Assembly: GCA_963705105.1 (NCBI GenBank)
Contig: CAVPIW010000005.1
Location: 512,001 to 576,000 of the forward strand
DNA from: an uncultured Nitrospiraceae bacterium
Lineage (GTDB): Bacteria; Nitrospirota; Thermodesulfovibrionia; Thermodesulfovibrionales; Dissulfurispiraceae
Length of the DNA stretch: 64,000 nucleotides
Direction of reading: 5' to 3'
This document shows, in pieces, positions 10,837 to 21,577 of this stretch (positions within the stretch are counted from its first letter, which is position 1; each line of letters starts with the position of its first letter). The position numbers and the translations under genes were made by a program. The notes below the pieces were generated by a model. It was given only the letters and a program-made list of their open reading frames with translations, had not been told where the DNA came from and ran no database searches.

Positions 10837-11004
10837 ATGCCTGCATATGAGTATTACTGCAACGACTGCAAACACGATTTCACCGCTTTCCTGACGATCA
10901 AGGAGTATGAGGCAAAGCCCAAATTGAAATGCCCCCGTTGCGGCAGCGATGGGGTGCAGCGCAAGATAACGCCCTTCTTCGCCAAGACGAGCAAGAAATC
11001 GTAG
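10837..11004 (+). CDS. FmdB-family zinc-ribbon protein (55 aa, not in ORF track)
   Basis: MPAYEYYCNDC...CPRCGS; AGGAGG upstream. Confidence 0.85.
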   Translation: MPAYEYYCNDCKHDFTAFLTIKEYEAKPKLKCPRCGSDGVQRKITPFFAKTSKKS

Positions 11005-11088
11005 ACATTCATCGGGAATACGCACAATGACGCCGGACATGATCATGGAATACAGACATCGCTGCGCCTCCGGGAAAGGGGGCCACAT

Positions 11089-12642
11089 ATGAATCTCGTC
11101 ACGGCCTACGCGGTCACGTTCATCGCCAGTTTCTGCACCCTCGTCATCGAAATCGTCGCCGGCCGCATCCTGGCCCCCTATGTGGGCGTTTCGCTGTACA
11201 CATGGACGAGCATCATCGGCGTCGTTCTTGCCGGCATCAGCATCGGCGCCTATGTGGGCGGGCGCATTGCCGACCGCTTTCCCCGGCGGAAGACCCTGGG
11301 ACTCCTGCTCCTCATTTCGGGATTCGCGGCCCTCTCCATCGCTCCCCTGACGAACCTCTTCGGTCCCCTTTCATTCAATATGCCCCTGATGTGGCGGATC
11401 CTCCTGATCACGACGCTCATCTTTTTCATCCCGAGCTGCATCCTCGGGACGATCTCGCCCGTCGTCGTCAGGCTTGCCATCCAGGACCTCGAAAAGGTCG
11501 GCCATGTCGTCGGCAAGATCTACGCCTTTTCCACCCTCGGATCGATCATCGGCACCTTCATGGCCGGGTTCTTTCTCATCTCCTGGATGGGCACGAGGAA
11601 CATCATCCTGCTCATGGGCGTCATCCTCATCATCACTGCCGTCGTTCTCGGTGCGCTCTTCAAATCAACAAAACCGGCCATAGCCTTCCTCGCTCTTCCC
11701 CTCGTCCTCCTCTGGGGGACCTATGACATCGCCTTCAAGCCCGACCTGGCGGCGAACACCTATCATTACAAGGAAAGCGATTACTACACGATCAAGGTGA
11801 ACAAAACCGTCGGCTCGGACAAGGAGACACGGTTCGAAGCCCTCATCCTCGACAACCTCATCCACTCCTTCGTGAATCTCCGGGACCCCCTGCACATCGA
11901 GTACAGGTATGAGAAGATATACGCCGAGGTCCTCAAGTGGAGATACGCCCGTGACGGGGCCTTCAAGAGCCTCACCATCGGCGGCGGCGGATATACGTTT
12001 CCGCGGTACATGGAGATTTATTATCCGAACTCGCAGATAGACGTCGTCGAAATTGATCCCGAAGTGACGAAGATCGTATACAGCCACCTGGGCCTGCCGA
12101 AGGATACAAGGATCAGGACTTTCAACACCGACGGACGGTGGTTCGTCATGAACTGCAGGGAGAAATACGATTTGCTTTTTGCAGACGCCTACAACGACCT
12201 GTCAATCCCCTATCATCTCACGACAAAGGAATTCGCCCGGTTAATGAAGGGCATCATGAACCCCGGAGCGATTCTGCTGACGAACATCATCGACAATTTC
12301 CAGAGGGGCTCCTTCCTGCCCTCCTACATCAGGACCCTGCGGGAGGTCTTCGGCGATGAAAACGTCCACATCCTCTCGGTGAGTCCCCAGTTCGAGAAGA
12401 TCGGCATCAGCACCTTCATCGTCCTCGCCTCAAACGGGCATCTCAACATTAAGGACTTTGACGCCTACGTGAAAAACGCCTTCGGCGGACAGGCCGCGTC
12501 GGCCGTCGTGCCCGAAAAACTCGTCGATGAATTCCTGAAGAAACGTCACTCCATCGTCATTACCGACGATCACGCCCCCGTCGACAACCTCATCGCCCCC
12601 AACTTCGAAGAGAGATTCGGGTATAACCGGAAGAACCGGTAG
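11089..12642 (+). CDS. fused membrane/spermidine synthase-like protein
   Basis: N-terminal TM block (GRILAPYVG-SLYTW), IGGGGY, VEIDP, TDDHAPVD. Confidence 0.88.
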   Translation: MNLVTAYAVTFIASFCTLVIEIVAGRILAPYVGVSLYTWTSIIGVVLAGISIGAYVGGRIADRFPRRKTLGLLLLISGFAALSIAPLTNLFGPLSFNMPLMWRILLITTLIFFIPSCILGTISPVVVRLAIQDLEKVGHVVGKIYAFSTLGSIIGTFMAGFFLISWMGTRNIILLMGVILIITAVVLGALFKSTKPAIAFLALPLVLLWGTYDIAFKPDLAANTYHYKESDYYTIKVNKTVGSDKETRFEALILDNLIHSFVNLRDPLHIEYRYEKIYAEVLKWRYARDGAFKSLTIGGGGYTFPRYMEIYYPNSQIDVVEIDPEVTKIVYSHLGLPKDTRIRTFNTDGRWFVMNCREKYDLLFADAYNDLSIPYHLTTKEFARLMKGIMNPGAILLTNIIDNFQRGSFLPSYIRTLREVFGDENVHILSVSPQFEKIGISTFIVLASNGHLNIKDFDAYVKNAFGGQAASAVVPEKLVDEFLKKRHSIVITDDHAPVDNLIAPNFEERFGYNRKNR

Positions 12643-13026
12643 AACCGGCCGATTTCAGACACCCTCAAGGGCATACGTAATCTTCACGTTTCAAGCTCCC
12701 GTGGCAATCACCATAACATCGTAGACGGAATTTCAGACGGTCAAGGGAATAATCCTCGCAGAAGTCCGCCCTGGAAGAACATCCACGCAAAGTCCTAGTT
12801 TCAATCAGAAACCCTCAAAGTTCTGGCCACTACAAGAGGTGGTGTAAGGCTTCAGGACAAAGACTTTAAAAATAGACTAAGGTGTAAGAGATAGGACTTG
12901 GAACAGACAAGTCTCATCTTCTTCGTACGACCGCTTCTCTTGACGATGGCTGCTGGTTAAGCTATCCAATGAAATCAAAGATACTCCTATAACATAACTG
13001 GTATGAAACCGTGTATAATTTGCTGA

Positions 13027-16000
13027 ATGGCTATCACAGGTCCACCAGCGGAAGATAGTCCCATCGAGCTGACAACAATGTTGCGTCGGGTAACCACAGA
13101 CCTGCAAACTGAGTTTGTCCATGGTCGGACTCTCTATGGAAAGTACCTTGACAAGTTATCAGAACGGCAATACGATGATGAGGCAGTCATTCATGTCGGC
13201 GATCATGTAACCGTCATTACCGAGGCCCCAGCCAATTTTATCCCACGGAGACATACGAGTTTGGTGTGGTATTGGTCGAACTATCTGTGGCCTTGTTACA
13301 CACTGACTACGTGGTGGAAAACACTCGATGGCCATACAATTCGTCGGATCGCTTTCTTCCCTATAGGTACTCCCGCCGCAGATCTTATGTTCTCCCATCC
13401 TATTCGAGTTGCGCTCATCAACAAAGAGAAATGCCTCGATGCTTTTGATATCGATATCGCAAAGCTCGAAGATAAATACTGGAGTAACATCCCTTCAGAT
13501 CGTGTGACAAAGCATATTCATGAATTGCAGGGAGCAAAGGCATATGTGTACAGATACCTAGTTGCTAGGCTCGCAAAAACGAATCCGGCTGGCGAGTTGG
13601 AGAAAGAGTGGTCTAACCGTTTGAACGGTTGGTTTGAGACATTCTTTAATAACTTAGAAACCCTGGAATTCCAGGCAGAAATAGAGAAAGAAAGTGAGGC
13701 AGTAAGGCAGACTCAGTTTGCCCACTTATTTGATAATGATAATCCCTTAGCAAGTATCTATCATGAATTCGTCAGGCTCTTTTGGAAGGAAATGGAGAGC
13801 CCGGTGGCATTCGTAGGCCTTGTAGATGCGGAGCTTGCGGATGCGCCTTTTTCGATGACGGTAATGCGTTGGCTCTTAAATTGTGCGTGGCTTTCCCCTC
13901 GAGGGAGGTCATGTCAATAGGTGTGTAAAAAGCCATCAGGCGGCGACCCTTTCGGCAGCCCCTTCCTGCCCAACGGCAATGCCGTCAGTGAAGTGTTTCC
14001 CCTCGTAGACATCCCTCAGTAACCAATATCCCTTCAGCCTGCGGTATCTCGTTCAGCGAACCCAGTACTCCAGACGACGCCGCCGCACTTGGACTCAATC
14101 GATTAGCATCCGGCCTAGCGTAAGCGAACTCAACCGTGATCCACCACATTGGACGTCCAGAAGGACCAGTGCTATCGGCAATAATAGAGTATCTTGGGCT
14201 CCAAATCATGCAGCTCCATCGCCTCGGGAAATCCCTCCGAACCGGCGGAGAAAGTGTCCCTGAGCCTCTCATATTCTGCCGCGTCTCTGCATAGTGGTTT
14301 TTGTGAGATACCCGCCTGCCACGGGAACAATTCTCTTCCACCCACCCTTCACGTTGGTTATCTTATGGTTCCAACACCTCTGCACCTTGCCCTCGGGATG
14401 AAGCTCTCCCAACGCTGACCATATCCCCAAATGACCATCGGCAACCGTCAATGTGCCCAGCTTCAGTCCCCGAGCGGTCAGATCCCTCAGGACCCCTGCC
14501 CAGGATTCCTTGCTCTCCCGATACCCGCTCTCGCAGGCCAGCAGGATCTTTTCCCCCGTAACCAACGCCCCGATGATCACCAGCAATGCTGCTTTGTCTT
14601 TCTCCAACCCGGCCTTCACGTATATCCCGTCCGCCCACTGATAGACGACCTCAAGCCCGGAAAGATCCCGAGCAATCCACTCGTCGTATCCGCACTGCCA
14701 TTTGCCCTTCAGCCGCTGGATCGACGAGGACGACAGCGGCGCCCCTTCTCCCAATAACCCCCGAAGCGCTAAATCAAAATCCCCCTGCGCCAGTCCGTGG
14801 AGATACAATTCCGGCAGTAACTGCCCCACTTCTTTTGACCGACGTATGAATAACGGCAGGACCTTGCTCTCAAATCGCTCCTCCGCTCCCCGCACACGGG
14901 GCCGTCGGACCGTGATCGTCCCGTTCATCAGCGTGAACTTCTTCCGCTTCCCGTGTCCGTTCCAATACCCCCGCTTGCCATCCACCTTCTTGATCCTCTC
15001 GGATTTCTTCCTCCCCAAAAATATCTCGACTTCTTCTTCCAGTATGTCCTGAATGTACTCCTGTACTTTCAGCCGAACTATGCTTTCCAATGCCTCGTAT
15101 GTCGCTCTTGACGGCTCAACTGCCTCGGTGATACTCTTGTCCATGGTGGTGTCTCCTTTCTCTGTGTTGATCCCAAGTCACCTGATTAAGGATACACCGC
15201 CTTCTTACTCATTTACACACTTTTTGATCTTACCTTCCTCGAGGAACGGATTGTGGAAAGAGTCTCGTATCCATTGAACTGGACGGCTCCCGTGAGACTC
15301 TCTCCCTCGTGGAATCTCTTCCCGTTGGCTACACCGAATACTTCTGGCATAGGACCTCTCTTGCGCTGCCGATGTATCATGGGCGACTTCTTGGGGCAGG
15401 CAGCTGTCCCGTTGATTTAGATGTTGTAAAGGACCGCGTCCCGCTCTACAAAGACGATGTTGACAAGGGCAAAGAGTTCGTAAAGTCTCTCCTCATGGAG
15501 GCCGTATCCTTCAAGCAATGGACCATCCCTCACGGCGCGTATGTTCAGATGGATATTGGGCCGTTCAAGGCTGTCACACACCTTGAACGCAATAATGACC
15601 GATGCTGTGTTCTTGTCGATGACAGTGGGCATTATTTCAACATCTGGGTAGATCCTTATGCCCAAAACTTCTCCTTTTTACGCAATGACGACTCTAACCC
15701 GGAAGCACTCGCTAGAGTAATCCATGTCATCTTGAAGGAGAAGGGGCTGCTGAAACAGTCGGTGCAAGACATGAGGCAGAATGAGTCGATTGCTACGGTC
15801 ATGGATGCCGAAGACTTGTGTGGACGCGTTAGGGAGCGAATGGCTCTCGAGGATGAACGGTTCACCCTCGGGTTCAAGATTCTTTTAAGCGCGATTATCC
15901 GCGATTTCTGGGTGGTTGAACAGCGAGAGCGTGTCTTTGGGAGGGGGAGACCGATCCGCAAATCCCCGCGACTGAGGGCTGATTGGGGCAAAAAGACGGT

Positions 16001-16753
16001 TATCTATTTGCCACGTATAAGATATGTCGGGGAGGTGACCAGTGGTGAGGAGCAGTTGCATGTAGTCGCTAGGGCTGCGCATTTTGTCACAGGACATCTG
16101 AGACGGGCAGTGCAGGCAAACGAGCAGCAAATAATGCTTGCACGACGCTTCGGCATTATTGTTCCAGAGGGGTTTACCTTCGTCAGGCCGCACCGCAAGG
16201 GGGACAAGGCTCAAGAGCCATGTTATGGTCTTTCATCAACAGTTTCGGGTCAGGCTTTACCGGACCGACAACTTCGTCCCCGTCCGCCTTGCCGTGAGCC
16301 ATACACGAAGTGGCTAATTGCGAACGGCTATGAAGTGGAGCATCTGGCAGGTGGCAGAAATGGGGACGGCGGTGTGGACATCCAGGCCAGCAAAGAAGAT
16401 GAGCACCTCTTGGTTCAGTGCAAATTCTGGCTCACGCAGAAGATTGGCCCAACGTTATCCGGGAGATGTTAGGGACACTAGAGACGTTTCCGGCAGGCTC
16501 AAAGGGAGTGATAATAACTTCTTCTGAATTTACGGAAGGGGCTAAGACTTTGGCGCTGGAACATAGAATACAGTTTATTGAGCCGGAGACAAACCTAAAA
16601 GCCGGTGAACGTCAATCAACCCGTCAGGTTATCCAACTCACAACCTGCTTAACTATGCACCCAAGTCGCTATCTTCCACGTCTGCTCAAAGCACTTGTTC
16701 CCTTGTTCGAATCATTGTATATGTTTGTACGAATATTCCTCAGTCTAAGGTAG
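13027..16753 (+). pseudogene. large protein with C-terminal Mrr-like restriction endonuclease domain, split by IS256 and frameshifted
   Basis: Removing the IS256 and one target-duplication copy fuses ORFs 13027 and 15309 in frame; GDGGVDI...VQCK motif; frameshift near 16450 continues NVIREMLG...ITSSEFTEGA. Confidence 0.75.
13905..15236 (-). mobile_element. IS256-family element with degenerate transposase (ORF 14269-15144 plus decayed 3' half)
   Basis: ELYLHGLAQGDF, WADGIY, ADGHLG, QRCWNHK; imperfect terminal IRs containing GTGTGTAAA; CCTCGAGG repeated at 13897-13904 and 15237-15244. Confidence 0.88.
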
Positions 16754-17487
16754 GATGGAAGAAGTGGACACCAAAGTCGGTAAACTAGAGAAAGACGGAG
16801 GTGTCAGGATGAAAGGTATTCCACAGGGACGGTACACGAAGGAATTTCGAGAGGAAGCAGTGAAAATGATTATGGAAGCAGGCATGTCATTGCCGGTGGT
16901 AGCACGTCTGCTCATCGTAGACGCCGTCGAGTTGAGCAACTGGGTCAAGGCATATAAGGCTGGCAATCTCAAGGAAATCGGCAAGAACTATCGGCGGCTC
17001 ACCGAGATAGTGATGGAACTGGCACGAGTCAAGAGAGAGCTTATAGAGACGAGGATGGAGCGAGATTTGTTAAAAAAAGCCGCCGCGTACTTTGCGAGGG
17101 AGACGCAGCCTGGTCCTCGATGGAGGAATACCCAGAATCCTTTCCCCTCCAGGAGGCTTTGAGACTCCAGCGGATACTTGCCGGGTTTTTCGCCCTGCGC
17201 AATCTGCAAGGAAAATCCGCGGCTGGAGGTTGAAATCCAGGCGGCACATGAGCGCACACGGGGGACGTACGGCCGGGACCGCTGATGGAGCATCTTGCCG
17301 TCAACGGGGTGAAAGACGCCTGTGCCTGCATAAGAGACCGCAAGGAACAACTCGTTGAACTCTGCAAACAGAAGAGGCGTTCAAGGTGACAACGGACCGC
17401 GGCATACACTTCCTGGGCGGACAATCTGCTACAGCAGGAAATTCAGGCGACGGCGCCGGGCCGCGTGTGGGTCAGCGACATCACGTA

Positions 17488-18599
17488 TTAACCGTCTCAT
17501 AATAGAATGGAGTCATGCTGCATACTTTGTCGTCTCGTTCTTGAAATATGAACGGACGCGATCTGGTGTTTTTTGAATAAAGCGCAAGTGACTTATGACT
17601 GCCCCACGCATTTGTTCAAGGGTTATCAGAGCTTGTCTGCCGATCGAGTTGTTTTTCAGATCATTCCAGACACGCTCATCAGGATTCAGCTCAGGAGAGT
17701 ATGAGGGGAAGAAGAACAGACGAAATCTCTTCTTGATGGGTTCCGTTTCAATAAATCTGGTGACAAGATTCGCCTTGTGTATCGGATGACCGTCGACAAT
17801 CAGGAAGATCATACGTTCGGTGCCATGAAGCAGCCGCTTGATGAATTCGATAAACACAGAAGCGCCCACGCGACCTTTGACGGTCATAAAACGGAACTCT
17901 CCTTGTGCGCTGACAGCAGACAGAATGTTCAAGCTGAAGCGCGCACCGGTCGTGCTGACCACAGGGGTCTTCCCCTTGGCAGACCATGTCGTTCCCGCAT
18001 GATGATCCGAACGCACTCCCGCCTCATCGCCAAAGAATATCTGTGCCTTCAGACGGCGCGCCATACGCCGAATGCGGGGATACTCCTCTTGAAGCCATCG
18101 TTGCACTTCTTCGGGTTTTTGCTGATATGCACGCCAGACAGGTCGCTGCGGGGTCAAGCCCAACTGCGACAGCAACCGACACACGGACGCCTTGCTCAAC
18201 TTGACCTTAAAGCGCTCATAAATCAGTTGCCCAATCATCTTGGCCGTCCACAGAGCATAGGTAAACTTCAACTGCAAAGGATTCTTCAAGGTCACGGTCT
18301 GATAAATCCAGTGCAGCGCAATCGCATCCAATTTAGGCGGGCGACCGCCTCGCTTGCTGGCATCCAGAGAGCCCCAGCCCCCCTGGCGGTATCGCGCAAG
18401 CCACCCGTACATTGCTGCCCTGCCAATGCCAAGGGCTTTTGCCACAACCTCAGGGTTTTGACCATCTTGCACGCTCTGTACTGCACGCTTCCTCAGTTCC
18501 GTCAGTGTCTTGTGATCAAGTCGCCGAGCATCGTTCGTTTTCATGCATAATAGTATACCAAATTATTCACAAAAGTACATACTATTATGAGACGGTTAA
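17488..18599 (-). mobile_element. IS630-family element
   Basis: Perfect IRs TTAACCGTCTCATAATAG; TA duplication at 17486-87 and 18600-01. Confidence 0.93.
17513..18544 (-). CDS. IS630-family transposase (intact, 343 aa)
   Basis: [29 protein letters not shown]. Confidence 0.93.
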   Translation of the reverse strand: MKTNDARRLDHKTLTELRKRAVQSVQDGQNPEVVAKALGIGRAAMYGWLARYRQGGWGSLDASKRGGRPPKLDAIALHWIYQTVTLKNPLQLKFTYALWTAKMIGQLIYERFKVKLSKASVCRLLSQLGLTPQRPVWRAYQQKPEEVQRWLQEEYPRIRRMARRLKAQIFFGDEAGVRSDHHAGTTWSAKGKTPVVSTTGARFSLNILSAVSAQGEFRFMTVKGRVGASVFIEFIKRLLHGTERMIFLIVDGHPIHKANLVTRFIETEPIKKRFRLFFFPSYSPELNPDERVWNDLKNNSIGRQALITLEQMRGAVISHLRFIQKTPDRVRSYFKNETTKYAA

Positions 18600-19110
18600 T
18601 ATATCCCGACGGAGGAAGGGTGGCTGTATCTTGCAGCGCATAAGGACCTTTTTACAGGAGAGATTGTGGGGTATGCCATGGGGCAGAGGATAACACAGAA
18701 CCTTGTCAGGGAATCGCTGGTACGAGCGGTGCGGGCGAAACGTCCAGCTGACGGGCTGATACACCACTCTGACCGGGGAAGTGAGTATTGTGCGTATGAC
18801 TTCGGGAAGTTGCTGAACCACTTGAAGATGAATGCTTCAATGAGCGGTACGGGAAACTGCTTTGATAACGCTCCGATGGAGAGCTTCTGGGGGATGTTGA
18901 AGAGTGAGCTGTGCATCACAGGCGCCATCTGAGAGGCATGAGGCGACGGGTGAAATCACCGAGTATATTGAGATAGTTCACAATCGGCAACGGCGGCAGG
19001 CAAGACTTGGGTATCTTTCACCTGCTGCTTTTGAAAGAGCATACCACATGCATGTTCGGGCAGCATGAGAGGTTTGGTGTCCACTATTGACAACCGACCC
19101 CATATATAGC

Positions 19111-19913
19111 TTACGGTCCCGGTTTCCCCGTTAAATTAAGTAACGATTTTACGAAACTCAAAATCGACTCCCATTTATTGGCTATTATTCCTCCAATAGC
19201 GCCAGAAATAATGCCAGCCAGTACGAGCCATATGCCACTATTAACAATCTTGTAGCGCTTCAAGCTTTGTTGTGTTTGATGTAACTCTGCGTACTTTTCA
19301 AGATTATAAACACGGCCAGCGAGCTCGCCAACAGGTCCACCAAGAAATTCTTTAGTATCTTCTGCTGATATAGAGCCTAACTTATGGCGCTCAGAATATA
19401 AAGAATGTTCCAATGATCCTTCAAGGACACGCGGCCTATAGTTAGCGCCATAAATTCGGTCCGGATTAGGCGCAACAGGGGAAAGTAAGAGTTTCGCGAT
19501 TCTATCGCTCTCCCGAATTCTATACGGCGTATTACCTTGATTCAGTTGTGTGATAGTAAGCGGTCCACCGAATCCTGGATCACTGTGGAAATAGGATGAA
19601 AAACCCCGTGAGAAAGCTGAGTATGGCTATTGCCTATGATCCGAACTAGAAAAGGATCTGATAGGTCAATAATCTCTTTTGATACAATTGTTACAACCTC
19701 CCCTGGTTGAACGACGTACCCTTCAGAAGCTATATCAATCGTTATGCTGCGGTTCCGAGATGTCAATCTATTGCCAGCGCGAAGATCATATGCACACCGG
19801 CTGAACTGCTGTGGTGCAAACGTACCATCCAAGAAAAGCTTACCGCTATCAGCAAGAATGATGATATCCCTGTCTATAAGAAAATTCTGAGTCCGTTTCT
19901 CAAAAATTGTCAT
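19111..19913 (-). pseudogene. dCTP deaminase/dUTPase-fold protein with C-terminal TM helix (1-bp frameshift near 19582)
   Basis: AYDLRAG and VQPGEVV; after a -1 shift reads DPGFGGPL...ESDRIAKL and joins ORF 19111-19413 with IWLVLAGIISGAIGGII. Confidence 0.75.
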
Positions 19914-20490
19914 CGTCCGCCAGCCCCGAATAGCGTGGTGCTCTAAACTGAAGATTAGCTGGGAGCACATCGGTTTGACCTTCATATTGCTCTTGTTCAA
20001 GACGCAATGAAGCCTCACCTACGACTCTTTCGAAGGTTACCATTCCAATTCCAATGCCAAATGGAAGTAAGATATCGAAAGAACCCAAGTTTTTTATTTC
20101 GACGACGATTGTGCGATGCTCAAGGTGGTTACCGTCAATGATTGAAGAGGTGCAATGCACCATAAGACCGAGCCGTGCGAGAGTGCTGCGACCATCTAAC
20201 TTACACATAAGCGTCGGGCTTATCTTGAATGCCTCAATTGTCGAGCCAAGAACAAAATCGCCAGGTTTGAGCTTAATAGGTCCATGATCGAGCATGTGAG
20301 GAACGTGACGCGGCTCAGAAGGTTCTGAACTGCTCAGGTCGACAATCTGGCCTCCTTCCGGAACAAGCAAGCGACTGCTTAAATGCACACGCAGGCCAAA
20401 TGGCCTGAGTTGTTTTTCATCGAATTTAGGAAGGACAGATATTAGCCCTTGGTCAACGAACTCTTTGATAATATCACCTGGAAGAATCAT
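19900..20490 (-). CDS. dcd: dCTP deaminase (trimeric dUTPase fold)
   Basis: LKPGDFVLGSTIE, LDGRSTLARLGLMVH, TIVVEIKNLG, EQYEGQ. Confidence 0.85.
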   Translation of the reverse strand: MILPGDIIKEFVDQGLISVLPKFDEKQLRPFGLRVHLSSRLLVPEGGQIVDLSSSEPSEPRHVPHMLDHGPIKLKPGDFVLGSTIEAFKISPTLMCKLDGRSTLARLGLMVHCTSSIIDGNHLEHRTIVVEIKNLGSFDILLPFGIGIGMVTFERVVGEASLRLEQEQYEGQTDVLPANLQFRAPRYSGLADDDNF

Positions 20491-21033
20491 TTAAGCCTCC
20501 TTGCTTTTACTCTCTTTACGAAAGTCACGATGTATCTGAGACCCCCACGGCCCCATCGAGCCCTGATACTTCCCAGAATACAACTCAATATCACCTTCGG
20601 GTCTCCAGAATGTAACTTGCCCTATTCGCATGTCGGGGTAAATCCGCACCGGCTGCACCGCATGAAGCTGGAGAGTCCATTGATTGTGCGATCCAATATC
20701 GATAATATCTGCCGTCACGTGGATAAAAAGCCCAAGCCTTGCAGTGGAAGAACGCCCTCTAATTATCGGAACATAGTGGTCACTGCCCATGATTTCCATA
20801 GTATGCCCCAAATAAATCCAGCCTGGCTCCAGCACAAGGCCACTTTCTGAAAAAGGAACTTCAATGGTAGGATTGTCTTTCTTACAATCAAGAATGTAAT
20901 TCTTATAACGCTTGATAATAGGGCCAAGGCGAAAATCATAGCTGTTTGGGCTGATCTGGTCCGGAGTGAAGGGACGAATGTCTATTCGGCTCGAGCCATG
21001 CTCTTTGGCTATTTGCTGTCCCGTAAGAATCAT
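20491..21033 (-). CDS. dCTP deaminase-like protein (catalytic Glu position is Gln)
   Basis: PNSYDFRLG, GRSSTARLGL, IDIG, WTLQL, MRIGQV, GKYQG. Confidence 0.85.
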   Translation of the reverse strand: MILTGQQIAKEHGSSRIDIRPFTPDQISPNSYDFRLGPIIKRYKNYILDCKKDNPTIEVPFSESGLVLEPGWIYLGHTMEIMGSDHYVPIIRGRSSTARLGLFIHVTADIIDIGSHNQWTLQLHAVQPVRIYPDMRIGQVTFWRPEGDIELYSGKYQGSMGPWGSQIHRDFRKESKSKEA

Positions 21034-21577
21034 TGCTTGTCTCTCTTCTTATGCTGGATAGAGTGGTAGTCAATGACAAAGCGACTAGGCGTTGGCAAGC
21101 ATGTGTCTCGGTAACGACCTGAGTAAGTCTCAGCGTTGCCCTCGGGCCGCCAAAAGCTTACTTGCCCTATTCTCATAAGAGGATAAATGCGGAGTGGTTG
21201 AACAACTTTGAGCTCAAGCGTCCAATTATGAACGAGGCCGAGTTGCCCCAAGTCGCTTGATAGCTGCAAAAAAAGTCCAAGGCGCCCAACGATGAGCGGC
21301 CAATTAAAGAAGCGACAAAAACTGGACTGCCTATTTTCTCATAAGTATGACCCAGATAAAGACGCACCGGATGCAGCAAGATACCATCGGTGGGGATATC
21401 CATTGTCTCCCAGTGGCCCTCAATGCGTGGATCAGACAATTCGCTCCGAGGGATGCCAAGCTGCGGACCTAAGCGGTAATTGTAACTGTTTGGATTTGTC
21501 AGGCTACGATCATATGGATCAATAGTTATATTGCCGGAACTGACCTGTTCTTGAATCTCACGGCTGGTTAAAATCAT
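21030..21577 (-). pseudogene. dCTP deaminase-like protein with 1-bp frameshift near 21285
   Basis: ORFs 21173-21577 (PNSYNYRLG, GRSSLG) and 21030-21269 (WTLEL, MRIGQVSFW) join as GRSSLG[R]LGLFLQ. Confidence 0.85.

Larger units (their letters stand above)
16746..19102 (+). mobile_element. IS3-family element, degenerate, interrupted by IS630
   Basis: orfA HTH (YTKEFREEAV, ERDLLKKAAAYF); orfB remnants WVSDITY, HHSDRGSEY, GNCFDNAPMESFW; 30-bp IRs sharing AGTGGACACCAAA. Confidence 0.88.

Noticed and set aside
12652..12825. Possible degenerate CRISPR array (TTTCAGAC..CCCTCAAGGG-like motifs)
   Set aside because: Only short, divergent motifs with irregular spacing (about 36, 42 and 68 bp) and no cas genes nearby
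21268..21274. Programmed frameshift at the T7 run in the first dcd paralogue
   Set aside because: Homology places the lesion about 10 nt upstream; slippage at the run would not restore the conserved Arg
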